64,000 nucleotides of DNA, from positions 216 to 64,215 of IMG/VR virus record IMGVR_UViG_3300046804_003859; one strand, 5' to 3'. Of the stretch, positions 27,970 to 37,884 are shown one piece after another (the first letter of the stretch is position 1; the number at the start of each line of letters is the position of its first letter). The DNA comes from a virus. Taxonomy: Duplodnaviria; Caudoviricetes. A program made the position numbers and the translations under genes. The notes under the pieces were generated by a model. The model saw only the letters and a program-made list of their open reading frames with translations, made no database searches and was not told the DNA's origin.

Positions 27970-29261
27970 CGTATTTGTTCAGTAGCAATACATCTATTAC
28001 TAACGAGGTAGAAGTTAAAAATGATGTAGGTAATGCTCTGCCGGTTATAGGGGTAGAAGGCTCACCTATCACAGTAGCATTTAGTGGTGCTACTATAGAC
28101 TCTTTTGGAAGATTGAGAACTGCCTCCCCTCATACTATTTTTGATAATACCTTTTCTGTTGATGAGAAACCAAGAGTATGGGATACAGACAAAGTAAACG
28201 GTACTGCAGTTTTTAAACCAAACTTAGCCTGTGTTGATATGGGGGTAAACTCTTCAAGTGGATCTAAAGTAGTAAGACAAACAAAACAATACTTTATGTA
28301 TCAGCCGGGAAAGAGTCTGTTAACACTTAACACATTTGTAATGAATGAGGGTAAGGCTAATCTTAGACAGCGTGTAGGCTACTTTGATAATAGTAATGGT
28401 ATATTTTTAGAACGAGAAGGCAACGTTGCATATATTGTTAAAAGAAGTTCGGTAACCGGGTCACCAGTTGACGTGCGCGTACCTCAAACACAATGGAACC
28501 AAGATAAGTTAGATGGTTCAGGTGATAGTGAAGTATCTTTAAACCTTGACAAAGCTCAAATCTTCTTTACTGATATAGAATGGTTAGGTGTCGGCTCTGT
28601 GCGTACAGGGTTTATAATTGACGGTACTTATCATTTTGCTCATCAGTTTAATCATGCAAATCTGGAATCTAATGTCTATATGACAACAGCAACCTTGCCG
28701 GTGAGATATGAAATTGAAAATACCGGCATAACAACCAGTACTAGTAATCTTAAACAAATTTGTTCAACCGTTATATCTGAAGCCGGGTATGCACCTGCTG
28801 TTATTACAAGATCAGCTTCCACATCCCTAATCGGTTTGGAAATGTCCGATACTACATTTAGACCTTTATTATCCCTTAGACTTAAATCTGGTGAGGGAGA
28901 TCATGTAGTGTTACCCGTAAGATTAGATTTATTTGGTTTACAAAACACTCCTTTTGTATATAAATTAGTCGGGAATGCTAATGTAATAGGTGGTGTTTGG
29001 GAAACTACAGGTAGTGATAGCGTGGTTCAGTATAATGCAAATGCTACTACTCTAGGTACAGGTGGTTATGAACTAATGCAAGGTATGTTCGTTGGAGGAA
29101 CTAGTGCTCAACCCGTTAGTATAAATCTTAAAGAGCATAACCACACACTCCAATTAAGAGCTAATATAGGTGGTGTTGCTGAAGTTTTTACTGTTGCTGT
29201 AAAAGCAACCACCAATAACGACGACGCCTTGGGGTCTATTTCTTGGGAAGAGCAGAGTTAA
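27966..29261 (+). CDS. putative structural protein (beta-rich)
   Basis: DSFGRLRTASP, YQPGKS, QRVGYFD, DIEWLGVGSVR. Confidence 0.65.
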   Translation: MTYLFSSNTSITNEVEVKNDVGNALPVIGVEGSPITVAFSGATIDSFGRLRTASPHTIFDNTFSVDEKPRVWDTDKVNGTAVFKPNLACVDMGVNSSSGSKVVRQTKQYFMYQPGKSLLTLNTFVMNEGKANLRQRVGYFDNSNGIFLEREGNVAYIVKRSSVTGSPVDVRVPQTQWNQDKLDGSGDSEVSLNLDKAQIFFTDIEWLGVGSVRTGFIIDGTYHFAHQFNHANLESNVYMTTATLPVRYEIENTGITTSTSNLKQICSTVISEAGYAPAVITRSASTSLIGLEMSDTTFRPLLSLRLKSGEGDHVVLPVRLDLFGLQNTPFVYKLVGNANVIGGVWETTGSDSVVQYNANATTLGTGGYELMQGMFVGGTSAQPVSINLKEHNHTLQLRANIGGVAEVFTVAVKATTNNDDALGSISWEEQS

Positions 29262-29545
29262 TGAAAACGTTTAAAGAACTAAGAGAAAAATGTTGGGATG
29301 GATGGACACAGCGCGGTATGAAAATGAAAGGTGGGCGTATGGTACCTAATTGTGTAAAAGTATCAGAAAACTTTATGGATAAGCGTAACCCTGAAGATAA
29401 GGGAGACATGGCGCGCCACGGTCTTAAAGGTAAAACAATAACCCAGTTGAAAAAGATTAGATCATCTGAAACAGCATCCCCTCGTCAAAAGCAACTAGCT
29501 CATTGGCGAATCAATATGGTTCAGGGTAAAAATAAAAAAAGATAA
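29261..29545 (+). CDS. small basic protein, putative internal head protein
   Basis: MKTFKELREK; CWDGW..GGRMVPNCV repeat motif. Confidence 0.6.
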   Translation: MKTFKELREKCWDGWTQRGMKMKGGRMVPNCVKVSENFMDKRNPEDKGDMARHGLKGKTITQLKKIRSSETASPRQKQLAHWRINMVQGKNKKR

Positions 29546-29576
29546 ATAATCTAATTGTAACATTAACCTATATCCA

Positions 29577-30785
29577 ATGGCCTTCAAAGATTACTTACTA
29601 GAATCAGAAAAAAAGACTGTTGCCGTTCTATTCGGCCGCATGAATCCTCCTACTTCAGGACATGAGGAAAACGTTGAAGGTCTTAAAAGTCTAGCAGCAA
29701 AACACAATGCTGATCATTTAGTCATTGCATCCCACTCTCAAGATGCAAAGAAAAATCCTTTATCAGTTGCGCAGAAATCTAAGCATTTAAAACGTGCTTT
29801 TCCTGGTACCAATATTACCACATCTTCTAAAGAGAAACCTACTATCTTTCATCATCTTTCTGAACTGCATAAACAAGGCTTTAAACATGTAATTATAGCC
29901 GGTGGTTCAGATAGAGCTGAAGAATATAACCGTCTAAAAGATTATAACGGTAAAGAAGGCAAACACGGTTACTATAACTTTAAATCTATTACTACAGCCT
30001 CTACAGGCGAAAGGAAGGCCGGTGTTTCAGGTACTGATATGCGCAAACATGCTACCAATAATGACTTCTCATCTTTTAGAAAAGGTCTTCCTAGTAAACT
30101 TGCAGCCAATGAGGGACATGCAAGAGAAGTATTTCGAGATGTTAGATCAGGCATGGGGCTTCATGAAATCTACGACCCGCATTTAAAGGTTTCTAAATAC
30201 CAGTGGGGAGAAACAAAAGGTACTAATAAGATGAGAGATATGACACCCGGAGAGGAAAAAAATAAGAAACCTGTTCGCGAGCAATACGTGGCTGGTGAAA
30301 TATTTAAGATCGGCTCTATTGTAGAAGCTAACGGTAAAGTAGGTAAGATTAGCTTCAGAGGCTCTAACTATGTTACAGTTACTCTTAAAGAGGGTGAATC
30401 AGTTAAATGCTGGTTAGAGGATGTAAGAGAGATTGAATTCGCTAAGACTATCGTTACCTTTAAGAATAAGTTACCAGTTCTTTTAATGACTGAACAGCAA
30501 AAGCAAGATATGGGTATGATATCTAAACAATTAGAGTTTGATGGTATTCAAACTAAAAACTTTGACATATGTCCTTCGGCTTATAAAGAATTTAAGTCGA
30601 TGATTGAAACGTTAAGAGCAAATAAACATATTGGTGAACCTACAGGTCATCATCAAAATGAACCACCTTCAGCAGAAAAAAATATTAAGACTTCTTCTGA
30701 CACAGTACGAAAAGTAGAAGCTGGTATAGCTATGAAGCCTACGCATATTAGAAAAATGCAATTTAAACAATACTTGGAGATGTAA
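29577..30785 (+). CDS. HxGH-class nucleotidyltransferase (cytidyltransferase-like) with C-terminal extension
   Basis: FGRMNPPTSGH, GGSDR, VSGTDMRK. Confidence 0.8.
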   Translation: MAFKDYLLESEKKTVAVLFGRMNPPTSGHEENVEGLKSLAAKHNADHLVIASHSQDAKKNPLSVAQKSKHLKRAFPGTNITTSSKEKPTIFHHLSELHKQGFKHVIIAGGSDRAEEYNRLKDYNGKEGKHGYYNFKSITTASTGERKAGVSGTDMRKHATNNDFSSFRKGLPSKLAANEGHAREVFRDVRSGMGLHEIYDPHLKVSKYQWGETKGTNKMRDMTPGEEKNKKPVREQYVAGEIFKIGSIVEANGKVGKISFRGSNYVTVTLKEGESVKCWLEDVREIEFAKTIVTFKNKLPVLLMTEQQKQDMGMISKQLEFDGIQTKNFDICPSAYKEFKSMIETLRANKHIGEPTGHHQNEPPSAEKNIKTSSDTVRKVEAGIAMKPTHIRKMQFKQYLEM

Positions 30786-31213
30786 TGTTAGCAGATACTT
30801 TACGAAAATTACTAGCTGAAGTTTTTGGTTTTTATTTTAAAGCTCATTCTTACCATTGGAATGTGGAAGGTTCTGACTTTGCTCAGTATCACGACTTTCT
30901 TGGTGACTTGTACCAAGATGTTCACGGGTCTGTAGATACCATTGCTGAATTAATAAGAACATTAAACGTTTATGCGCCACCTTCCCTAGCTAGATTGATG
31001 TCATATAGCTCCATGGATGAAAGTGATACTATTCCTGATGCAAGGACTATGCTAGTTAATTTAAGAAATGACAATGATAGATTGCTAGCCATTTTATATC
31101 AAGCCTATGACGAAGCAGAAAAAGAATCTAGTTTTGGTGTATCAAATCATATTCAAGATAGAATAGAAGCTCACGAAAAACATGCTTGGATGTTAAGGTC
31201 AATTACTAAATGA
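30785..31213 (+). CDS. dps: Dps/ferritin-like DNA starvation protein
   Basis: KAHSYHWNVEGSDFAQYH, DTIAELIR, HEKHAWML. Confidence 0.92.
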   Translation: MLADTLRKLLAEVFGFYFKAHSYHWNVEGSDFAQYHDFLGDLYQDVHGSVDTIAELIRTLNVYAPPSLARLMSYSSMDESDTIPDARTMLVNLRNDNDRLLAILYQAYDEAEKESSFGVSNHIQDRIEAHEKHAWMLRSITK

Positions 31214-32295
31214 TTACAGACGCATATTTACAACATGAGCTGTTAAAGACAGCCATGGAAGCTACCGATAATTATCTAGCAATTAAAAAGAAAGCTATGG
31301 ATGCTAAGATGGCTACTAACGCCATGATCCATGATTTTTCTTATCATATGACTATTGCTCATGATGCATTACAATCATTAGGTGTATTAGATCAGCATGA
31401 AGATTACATGAAAAACCATGTAGATGATATGCTTAAACTACATGGCCATAAAGATGCTACTATTGGTGATTTACCATACGCTCATGTTCCTAAAGCTGAT
31501 TTTGGTGAGGTAGAAGAATCCGTTCAGGATAAGATGTATGCAAGGCATCAAGCATTAAGAAAAGCAAGCGGTCTACCACATCCAGATTATTACAAAGAAT
31601 TAAAGACTACTTTTGATTTACCCCATCAAGAGCGTATGGCTAAAACTGCTGAGTTAAAGAAAAAGTATAATGTTAAAGAAAACGCATTATCATTTAGTAG
31701 CTTTATAAAAGAAGAAAATGAAAGCGAAGAAGAGACTATATCTGAAGAAGATATTGATGAAATCGTTAATAATCTCACGTGGGAAGACATCGCTGATCTC
31801 TACGAAGACGATGAATTGGTTGACGATGCCGAATCGGAAGAAGAAGACGAGGATGACGAAGAGGAAGATGAAGAGCATGTAAAAGAAGAATATCTAGACG
31901 AAAAACTTTCTGCACAAGCTCGCCTAAAGAAACGTCAAGCATTCGCTAGATTTAGAGGTAAAAGAAACGTAGCGCGTGGTATGAAACTACGTCGTGCTTC
32001 TTCTATGAATGTGTTAAAGAAAAGAGCGGTACTAGCTGCACGTCGCGCGGTTTACAAACGTTTCTTACGTGGAAGAGACAAGTCTACTCTATCTGCAGCA
32101 GAAAAGGATAGAATTGAGCAACAAGTATCTAGAATGAAGTTTATTCAAGCTGCCATTGCTACTAAAATGCTTCCTAAAATGAGAGATATAGAGCAGAAAA
32201 GATTAGCAAGCTTTAGAACTAAATCATCTGCACCTAAGATGAGACCTTCTAAAGCACCTAAATTAAAGCCCTCTAAGGCGCCGAAGAAAAGATGA
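31210..32295 (+). CDS. putative internal head protein, acidic middle and very basic C-terminus
   Basis: Glu/Asp tract then Arg/Lys-rich domain; APKxxPSK repeats. Confidence 0.6.
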   Translation: MITDAYLQHELLKTAMEATDNYLAIKKKAMDAKMATNAMIHDFSYHMTIAHDALQSLGVLDQHEDYMKNHVDDMLKLHGHKDATIGDLPYAHVPKADFGEVEESVQDKMYARHQALRKASGLPHPDYYKELKTTFDLPHQERMAKTAELKKKYNVKENALSFSSFIKEENESEEETISEEDIDEIVNNLTWEDIADLYEDDELVDDAESEEEDEDDEEEDEEHVKEEYLDEKLSAQARLKKRQAFARFRGKRNVARGMKLRRASSMNVLKKRAVLAARRAVYKRFLRGRDKSTLSAAEKDRIEQQVSRMKFIQAAIATKMLPKMRDIEQKRLASFRTKSSAPKMRPSKAPKLKPSKAPKKR

Positions 32296-32699
32296 AAACG
32301 TTTTTTCTATTAAGAGAAGAACAAACATGTCCAGTAGCTACTATGGATGTGCATGTTAATGTAAAAAATCGTCAACATGCTATTGACGAATATCATTATG
32401 GTCCTGCTAATCCTCATGAACCGGAAGACCATTGGCAAAAGTTAGCTGATATCTGGAGTATAGATTTAGATACTGCTAAGACTATGAAGTGTGAAAACTG
32501 TGCTGCTTTTGATATTTCAGATAAAATGAGATCCTGTATTGAAAAAGGTATAGTAGGTGATACTAAAGGTTCCAGTGCCATGGCTACTATAGAAAAAGCT
32601 GATTTAGGTTATTGTAATCTTTTACACTTTAAATGTGCAGGTTCAAGAACTTGTGCATTATGGTTAACTAACGGACCAATAGACGACGAAGACCTATAA
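32292..32699 (+). CDS. Cys-rich hypothetical protein (HiPIP-like Cys spacing)
   Basis: KCENCAAF..GYCNLLHFKCAGSRTCALW. Confidence 0.6.
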   Translation: MKTFFLLREEQTCPVATMDVHVNVKNRQHAIDEYHYGPANPHEPEDHWQKLADIWSIDLDTAKTMKCENCAAFDISDKMRSCIEKGIVGDTKGSSAMATIEKADLGYCNLLHFKCAGSRTCALWLTNGPIDDEDL

Positions 32700-33316
32700 T
32701 GCTTTTTATTGTCGATAACTATTTTGATTTCGACTTAAGTATAAAACAAGCAATTGATTCAGAAAAAATTAACGAATATAATGTACGGTATTTTGATAAT
32801 GATGGGTTTGAATTATCTAAATTAGAACAAGAATATTATAGAGAAAACAATATACATTTAGAAGACTGTTTAAATCATTTAGGTTGTCAGAAACAATGGA
32901 TTAAATGTGAACATGACAAACTAAAGGTAGATCATAGTTTACTGTTACAGCGTTACAATTTTACAGAACAAGCAAGAGAACAATTAGAATTTCATAAAAA
33001 ACAGTTTCCTGAGTTAAATAAATATCTTAGATTAAGACCTAAATGGGGTTTAGATTTTTCTTTAGAATATTACGATCATAAACATGCAATAGAAGTACTT
33101 CATATTGAGTTAGATTATAACGATTATAATATTGCTTTAGAAATAAAAGAAAGATTAGAAAGAAGAATACTTAATACTGATTGGGTTGATTTTACCGATA
33201 GTCTTAAGTTTAAAAAAGCTCAGTGGGAAAGCTTACCTGGTATGGAACAGAATGATTGGAAAGCTAGGCACTGGGGTTTACAAAAAGCAGAATTTACACA
33301 AAAAGCATTTCAATGA
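32699..33316 (+). CDS. hypothetical protein
   Basis: FDNDGFELS, PKWGLDFSLEY; TAATG coupling. Confidence 0.65.
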   Translation: MLFIVDNYFDFDLSIKQAIDSEKINEYNVRYFDNDGFELSKLEQEYYRENNIHLEDCLNHLGCQKQWIKCEHDKLKVDHSLLLQRYNFTEQAREQLEFHKKQFPELNKYLRLRPKWGLDFSLEYYDHKHAIEVLHIELDYNDYNIALEIKERLERRILNTDWVDFTDSLKFKKAQWESLPGMEQNDWKARHWGLQKAEFTQKAFQ

Positions 33317-33858
33317 AAACATTTTTAAAATTAAGAACAGAGCTTGCTGAAGCTGTTTGGGACCAGCCTAACCCTAACAAGGGTAAAGGTGGTAAAATGT
33401 CACCAGCACAAAAAGCAGAAGCTAAAAGAAGAGCTAAGGCCGCCGGTCGCCCTTATCCTAATTTAGTAGACAATATGGCAGCAATGAAAGAAGATTGCGA
33501 ATATTGTCCTGAAGAAGATGAATATGGAATTGTTGAAGAGTATTTTGAATCTACTGGTGATGAATTATATGAAGACTGGGGTGAACTAGAAGAGGAAGAT
33601 AACGCAGGTAAAAAACTTGGTAAGCCTTTTCTTACTCCAGGCGGACCTAAAAAACGAGCGGTTTACGTTAAAAATGAAAAAGGTAATGTAGTAAAGGTAA
33701 GCTTCGGTGATCCTAACTTATCAATTAAGAGAGATGATCCGGAAAGAAGAAAGAGCTTTAGAGCTCGACACAATTGCGATAACCCAGGACCTCGTTGGAA
33801 AGCGAGATACTGGAGCTGCAAGTATTGGTCAAACACTCCAGTATCAAAACTAGACTAG
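33313..33858 (+). CDS. conserved phage protein (DUF6321-like), putative internal protein
   Basis: AAGRPYPNLVDNM; KVSFGDPN..RRKSFRARHNC..ARYWSC. Confidence 0.65.
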   Translation: MKTFLKLRTELAEAVWDQPNPNKGKGGKMSPAQKAEAKRRAKAAGRPYPNLVDNMAAMKEDCEYCPEEDEYGIVEEYFESTGDELYEDWGELEEEDNAGKKLGKPFLTPGGPKKRAVYVKNEKGNVVKVSFGDPNLSIKRDDPERRKSFRARHNCDNPGPRWKARYWSCKYWSNTPVSKLD

Positions 33859-33867
33859 GAAATAAAA

Positions 33868-34893
33868 ATGGATAAAGAGTTACAAAAAGCTATTTTAGCT
33901 GTTATGCTAAAAAAAGATACTCAGGTAGATGAGGCTAAAAAGCCACTGCATCCAAATCAGCAGAAGCTAGATGTTCATGAGCCTGAAAAAGATGAGCTGA
34001 CGGCTAAAGATTTCGAAATGCTTCGCGCTGGTAAAAAAGCCAAGCCGATGAAAGAGGAAGAAGAGCTTGATGAAGCAAGATTTAAAAAAGGCGAAGATGT
34101 AGGTAAGCCTGGTAAAAATTTTGCTAAGATTGCTAAAGCAGCCGCCGCTAGATACGGTTCGGAAGAAGCTGGTAAACGTGTTGCTGGTGCTGTACTTAAA
34201 AAAGTATTAGCTAAAGAAGATGTTGACTATACAGATGAAGAAATTGAACAGGTATTAGAAAATTTTGATCAATTAGATGAAGCAGGTATGCCATCTAGCG
34301 TGGCTCGTCATAAGCAAAATATTGCTAATATGAGCGATAAAGAATTTGCTCAAAAATATAGCCATTTAGATACAAAAGGTTTAAGATCCATGGCTTGGAG
34401 TCATATGGGTACTAAACGCGGCGGCCCTGGTACACCTGGTCATGAGCATTATGTAAATAAAATGGCTAAAGGCAAGGCTCAGTTAGCAAATGAAGAAGTA
34501 GAATTTGATAATGATGCAGATGAAACCATTTTAGTACATACTCCTATTGAATTCGAATTAAAAGAATCGTATAATTTTGGTGATTATTTGACTGCAGCTA
34601 AGTCAATTGTTGGGGAAGATAATGCTATTGAGTTAGCTAACGAAGCGTTTAAAAATCAAGATACTAATATCTTTGTAGAACAGTTCGTACGCTCAGACAT
34701 CGAAGCTAAAGTAAAAGCTCATGAAAAAATGGGTCACAAAGTCTCTACGCCTAAATATAGTACCAAGAGTGGCCAACCCCATGCGGAGTATGTAGTTACA
34801 GATAAAGAGGGTATGCGCCGTAAGTATATTCACCACGGATCCAATAGAAAGATGGAAAATATGGGTCCTGTTGGTAAAAGAGACGAAGAATAA
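33868..34893 (+). CDS. putative internal head protein
   Basis: repeated (L/V)DEA sites; GKPGKNFAKIA..YGSEEAGKRVAGA. Confidence 0.6.
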   Translation: MDKELQKAILAVMLKKDTQVDEAKKPLHPNQQKLDVHEPEKDELTAKDFEMLRAGKKAKPMKEEEELDEARFKKGEDVGKPGKNFAKIAKAAAARYGSEEAGKRVAGAVLKKVLAKEDVDYTDEEIEQVLENFDQLDEAGMPSSVARHKQNIANMSDKEFAQKYSHLDTKGLRSMAWSHMGTKRGGPGTPGHEHYVNKMAKGKAQLANEEVEFDNDADETILVHTPIEFELKESYNFGDYLTAAKSIVGEDNAIELANEAFKNQDTNIFVEQFVRSDIEAKVKAHEKMGHKVSTPKYSTKSGQPHAEYVVTDKEGMRRKYIHHGSNRKMENMGPVGKRDEE

Positions 34894-34903
34894 GGAGAAT
34901 TAA

Positions 34904-35731
34904 ATGTCTTCATGGGGCAATTTAGATAATGTTACTGCAGCCGGCACCGTTACTTCTTATACAGGTAACTCGCGTGTAAACGGTTCCAGTACTTACTTCA
35001 CTTCCAATATTAAGGAAGGTGATTATTTAATTATTACTGGTACTAAGTTCCAAGTAGGGACTGTGACATCAGATACAGTTCTAGATCTTACTAGCAATGG
35101 TAAGTCTGCATCTGGTGCTACTGCTTATGTTCAGCAAGGACCAAAATATATTGCTAACATAGCTACTACTGAAAATGTTTATACTATTCAGAATGTTTAT
35201 GGTATTGATAGAAATGAAATTGGTGTACCTGAGAACAAGGCTAGAGGTATTTCACACACTGGCTGGACTCACTACAATACATACACAACATCTCAAGGTG
35301 AGACAAGATATAAAACAGAGACTATTGTAGCTATGTCGAAGAACTTTGCATCTAACGCATCTGGTACTTTATTTGGTACAGGCGCTGGTACTGATGCAAG
35401 CGATGACACTGTAGCAGCAGATTATTTACTCTACTTCACAACTCAACCAGCAGATACATCTAATACTGCCGGTGGTTCTGCAAGACTGGTAACTGTAGCA
35501 ACTTCTGAGCCTACTGGCGCTACATTGACATACCAGTGGTACAAGCGTGATAACGTCAGCGATACCAGCTACGCAACAGTTAGCCAGCCAGGTGTAACAG
35601 GTACAACATCTAATACTCTGGTAATTGCTAACGTTTCTAACGTCAGTGGTAATATCTTCAGATTAACCATCTCTGGCGACGGCGGTGCTGACGATAATAC
35701 ATCTACAGCAGTGACAGTAACAGCAACTTAA
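34904..35731 (+). CDS. virion protein with C-terminal Ig-like domain
   Basis: MSSWG, HTGW..YKTETIVAM; FTTQPAD..LTYQWYK Ig pattern. Confidence 0.75.
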   Translation: MSSWGNLDNVTAAGTVTSYTGNSRVNGSSTYFTSNIKEGDYLIITGTKFQVGTVTSDTVLDLTSNGKSASGATAYVQQGPKYIANIATTENVYTIQNVYGIDRNEIGVPENKARGISHTGWTHYNTYTTSQGETRYKTETIVAMSKNFASNASGTLFGTGAGTDASDDTVAADYLLYFTTQPADTSNTAGGSARLVTVATSEPTGATLTYQWYKRDNVSDTSYATVSQPGVTGTTSNTLVIANVSNVSGNIFRLTISGDGGADDNTSTAVTVTAT

Positions 35732-35737
35732 TAAAAT

Positions 35738-36184
35738 ATGGCAGATTCTAAAGTAAGTGAATTAACATCCGCTACCTCCGTTGGGGGTAGCGATTTGTTA
35801 TACCTAGTGCAATCTAACACTAGTAAAAAAGTAACCGCAGATGTATTGTTCGATAATATAGCTAATTCTACCCTTAAAGGTACTATTAGTTTAGATTCTT
35901 CCGTTCAAACTCTTGCTGCTGCTGGTATAGTAAATATTACTAATACTATCACTCATCTATCTACAGATGCTACTAATGGTAGTTTATCTATTCCTGCAGG
36001 TGGAACCAATCAATTAAAAATTATAACTATGATTGCTACTTCTGGTGGCACTTATACTTTAATTGGTAATGTAGCGGGTTCTGCTAATGTTATCTTTAAT
36101 CAAGTTGGTGATACTGCTACTATGTTATATACTAACAGCAAATGGCATGTCATCGGGGGAACGGCTAACGTAAGTTATCCTTAA
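35738..36184 (+). CDS. putative structural protein
   Basis: MADSKVSELTSA fibre-type N-terminus. Confidence 0.6.
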   Translation: MADSKVSELTSATSVGGSDLLYLVQSNTSKKVTADVLFDNIANSTLKGTISLDSSVQTLAAAGIVNITNTITHLSTDATNGSLSIPAGGTNQLKIITMIATSGGTYTLIGNVAGSANVIFNQVGDTATMLYTNSKWHVIGGTANVSYP

Positions 36185-36185
36185 A

Positions 36186-36578
36186 ATGAGATTTGAATTG
36201 ACTGAAGAAAATTTTACTTTATACGCCATCAAACATTATGATAATCCAGCTTGTAATGGTATTGCAGAATTTGAAGATGATTTAAAAAGATTTAGATATT
36301 TAAAACGGTTATTTAGAAAATATACTGCAGGTAAAGGTCTTAAAGAAAGACTTATTGTTAATCACCTAGTAGTAATTTACAATTTATTTGGACCTGAAGC
36401 TGCCACTAGAATGCTTTTTTTTAAAATAGAAAAAAAGTACTGGTCGCAGCTTAAAACTTTTTTAGTATTCTTAAGTTTTATGCCAGTAGGGTTTGTAGTT
36501 GAAACACAAGAAGAAATTATTCAAGGTTATGAAATACCGTTGGATGAAAAGGTTTCAGAAGCGCTAAAGAAAATATGA
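36186..36578 (+). CDS. conserved T4-like hypothetical protein
   Basis: YAIKHYDNP, DLKRFRYLKRL, ERLIVNH, MLFFKI. Confidence 0.75.
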   Translation: MRFELTEENFTLYAIKHYDNPACNGIAEFEDDLKRFRYLKRLFRKYTAGKGLKERLIVNHLVVIYNLFGPEAATRMLFFKIEKKYWSQLKTFLVFLSFMPVGFVVETQEEIIQGYEIPLDEKVSEALKKI

Positions 36579-37105
36579 CTCGATTTGTTGACTCACTTAT
36601 AGCTTATCGCATACTACGTATGCTAACTACTCCTTTTGAGGATACAGACGCATACCGTTTAGGTATCATCGATGCAAAAGGCAAAGAGCTTAAAAAAATG
36701 AGTCAGTTAAATTCTGCTGACGAAAAAGATGCATATTCTATTTTACATAGAATGATTTTTAGAATAAAACGTATTATTGAAAAAGTACCTTTAGAAAATA
36801 AAAAGCTAGTTTCTTTTACAGCAGCATTGGCATTAATTAAAGAAAACTACTATAATACTAATGAACCTTTAGATTTAGAACTTCAATATTTTAAAAAACT
36901 TGATCAACAGTTACTAGAAGAAGACATTCAAGTTACTAAAAAGTTTTTAAATGAGAATTATACTTTAACGTTTATGCAGTTTTATGAAGAGGCACCAGCT
37001 AACAATGCTAGTGCAACTCCAGGTATAGCAGGATTTACACCGGATACTATTGGTGTTAAAAAGAAGAGTAAAAAACCATTATTGTTTAGAAGACGTGAGG
37101 TTTAA
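36575..37105 (+). CDS. conserved T4-like hypothetical protein
   Basis: YRILRMLTTPFEDTDAYRLGIIDAKG. Confidence 0.75.
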   Translation: MTRFVDSLIAYRILRMLTTPFEDTDAYRLGIIDAKGKELKKMSQLNSADEKDAYSILHRMIFRIKRIIEKVPLENKKLVSFTAALALIKENYYNTNEPLDLELQYFKKLDQQLLEEDIQVTKKFLNENYTLTFMQFYEEAPANNASATPGIAGFTPDTIGVKKKSKKPLLFRRREV

Positions 37106-37474
37106 ATGTTAAAAGCACTTTTTGACTTGTTTAAAACTAAGCAAGAGGAAAAACAGCCTGAGGCACCAGCACAAGTTGTTAAAGAACCTGCTGTAGTAAT
37201 AGAACCTGTAGTAGAAATAAAACCTACAGAGCCTGAACCACCCATTTTATCTGAGGTAATAGAACCTGCTCCTCCTCCTAGTCAATGGAGCCCTGTTCCT
37301 GATACAGCTCCTAACATAGTAATAGATGTACCTGTTGAAATAAAAATTCCAACAGTAGAAGCAGCCTTTATCGCTGAACCGATTACTGTGAAAGATGAAG
37401 TCGTGGTAGAGGTAGAAAAGAAACCTAAAAGAGGTAGACCTAAAACAGGTAAACCTAAAACTAAGAAAAAGTAA
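37106..37474 (+). CDS. Pro/Glu-rich protein with AT-hook-like KRGRPK tail
   Basis: low complexity; C-terminal KKPKRGRPKTGKPKTKKK. Confidence 0.65.
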   Translation: MLKALFDLFKTKQEEKQPEAPAQVVKEPAVVIEPVVEIKPTEPEPPILSEVIEPAPPPSQWSPVPDTAPNIVIDVPVEIKIPTVEAAFIAEPITVKDEVVVEVEKKPKRGRPKTGKPKTKKK

Positions 37475-37830
37475 TGGAAGCGATCATGGCACGTACTGGT
37501 GCAGAAGAATCTGCAAGAATTATTGTACTTGAAAGTCAAGTTACAACAATTAACGCTAATGTAGAAAAGTTAGAAAAGAAAATCGATTCTAACTACGTTA
37601 CTTTACATGAAAGAATCAGCGGTCTACGTGATGATTTACATAACAGTATCGAAGTAAAGCACGATAAAGTAATGGAAAAGTTAGAAGAACAGTCAAGGGC
37701 TAGTTCTTCTCAACACGCAGCTATAGCTCAAAAAGTTCAGTCTTTAGAAAAATGGAGATGGATGATTATGGGTGCTGCTATTGTAGTCGGTTACGTATTA
37801 GCTCATATTAAATTGGACAAATTGTTCTAG
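37474..37830 (+). CDS. coiled-coil protein with C-terminal TM (holin/XhlA-like candidate)
   Basis: coiled coil then LEKWRWMIMGAAIVVGYVL. Confidence 0.55.
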   Translation: MEAIMARTGAEESARIIVLESQVTTINANVEKLEKKIDSNYVTLHERISGLRDDLHNSIEVKHDKVMEKLEEQSRASSSQHAAIAQKVQSLEKWRWMIMGAAIVVGYVLAHIKLDKLF

Positions 37831-37856
37831 TATTTTTTAACAAAATACACTATAAT

Positions 37857-37879
37857 AAAGCCTCTCTGGAGGCTTTTTT
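37857..37879 (+). terminator. terminator-like hairpin ending the late block
   Basis: AAAGCCTC-tctg-GAGGCTTT plus T-run. Confidence 0.65.
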
Positions 37880-37884
37880 CATCT

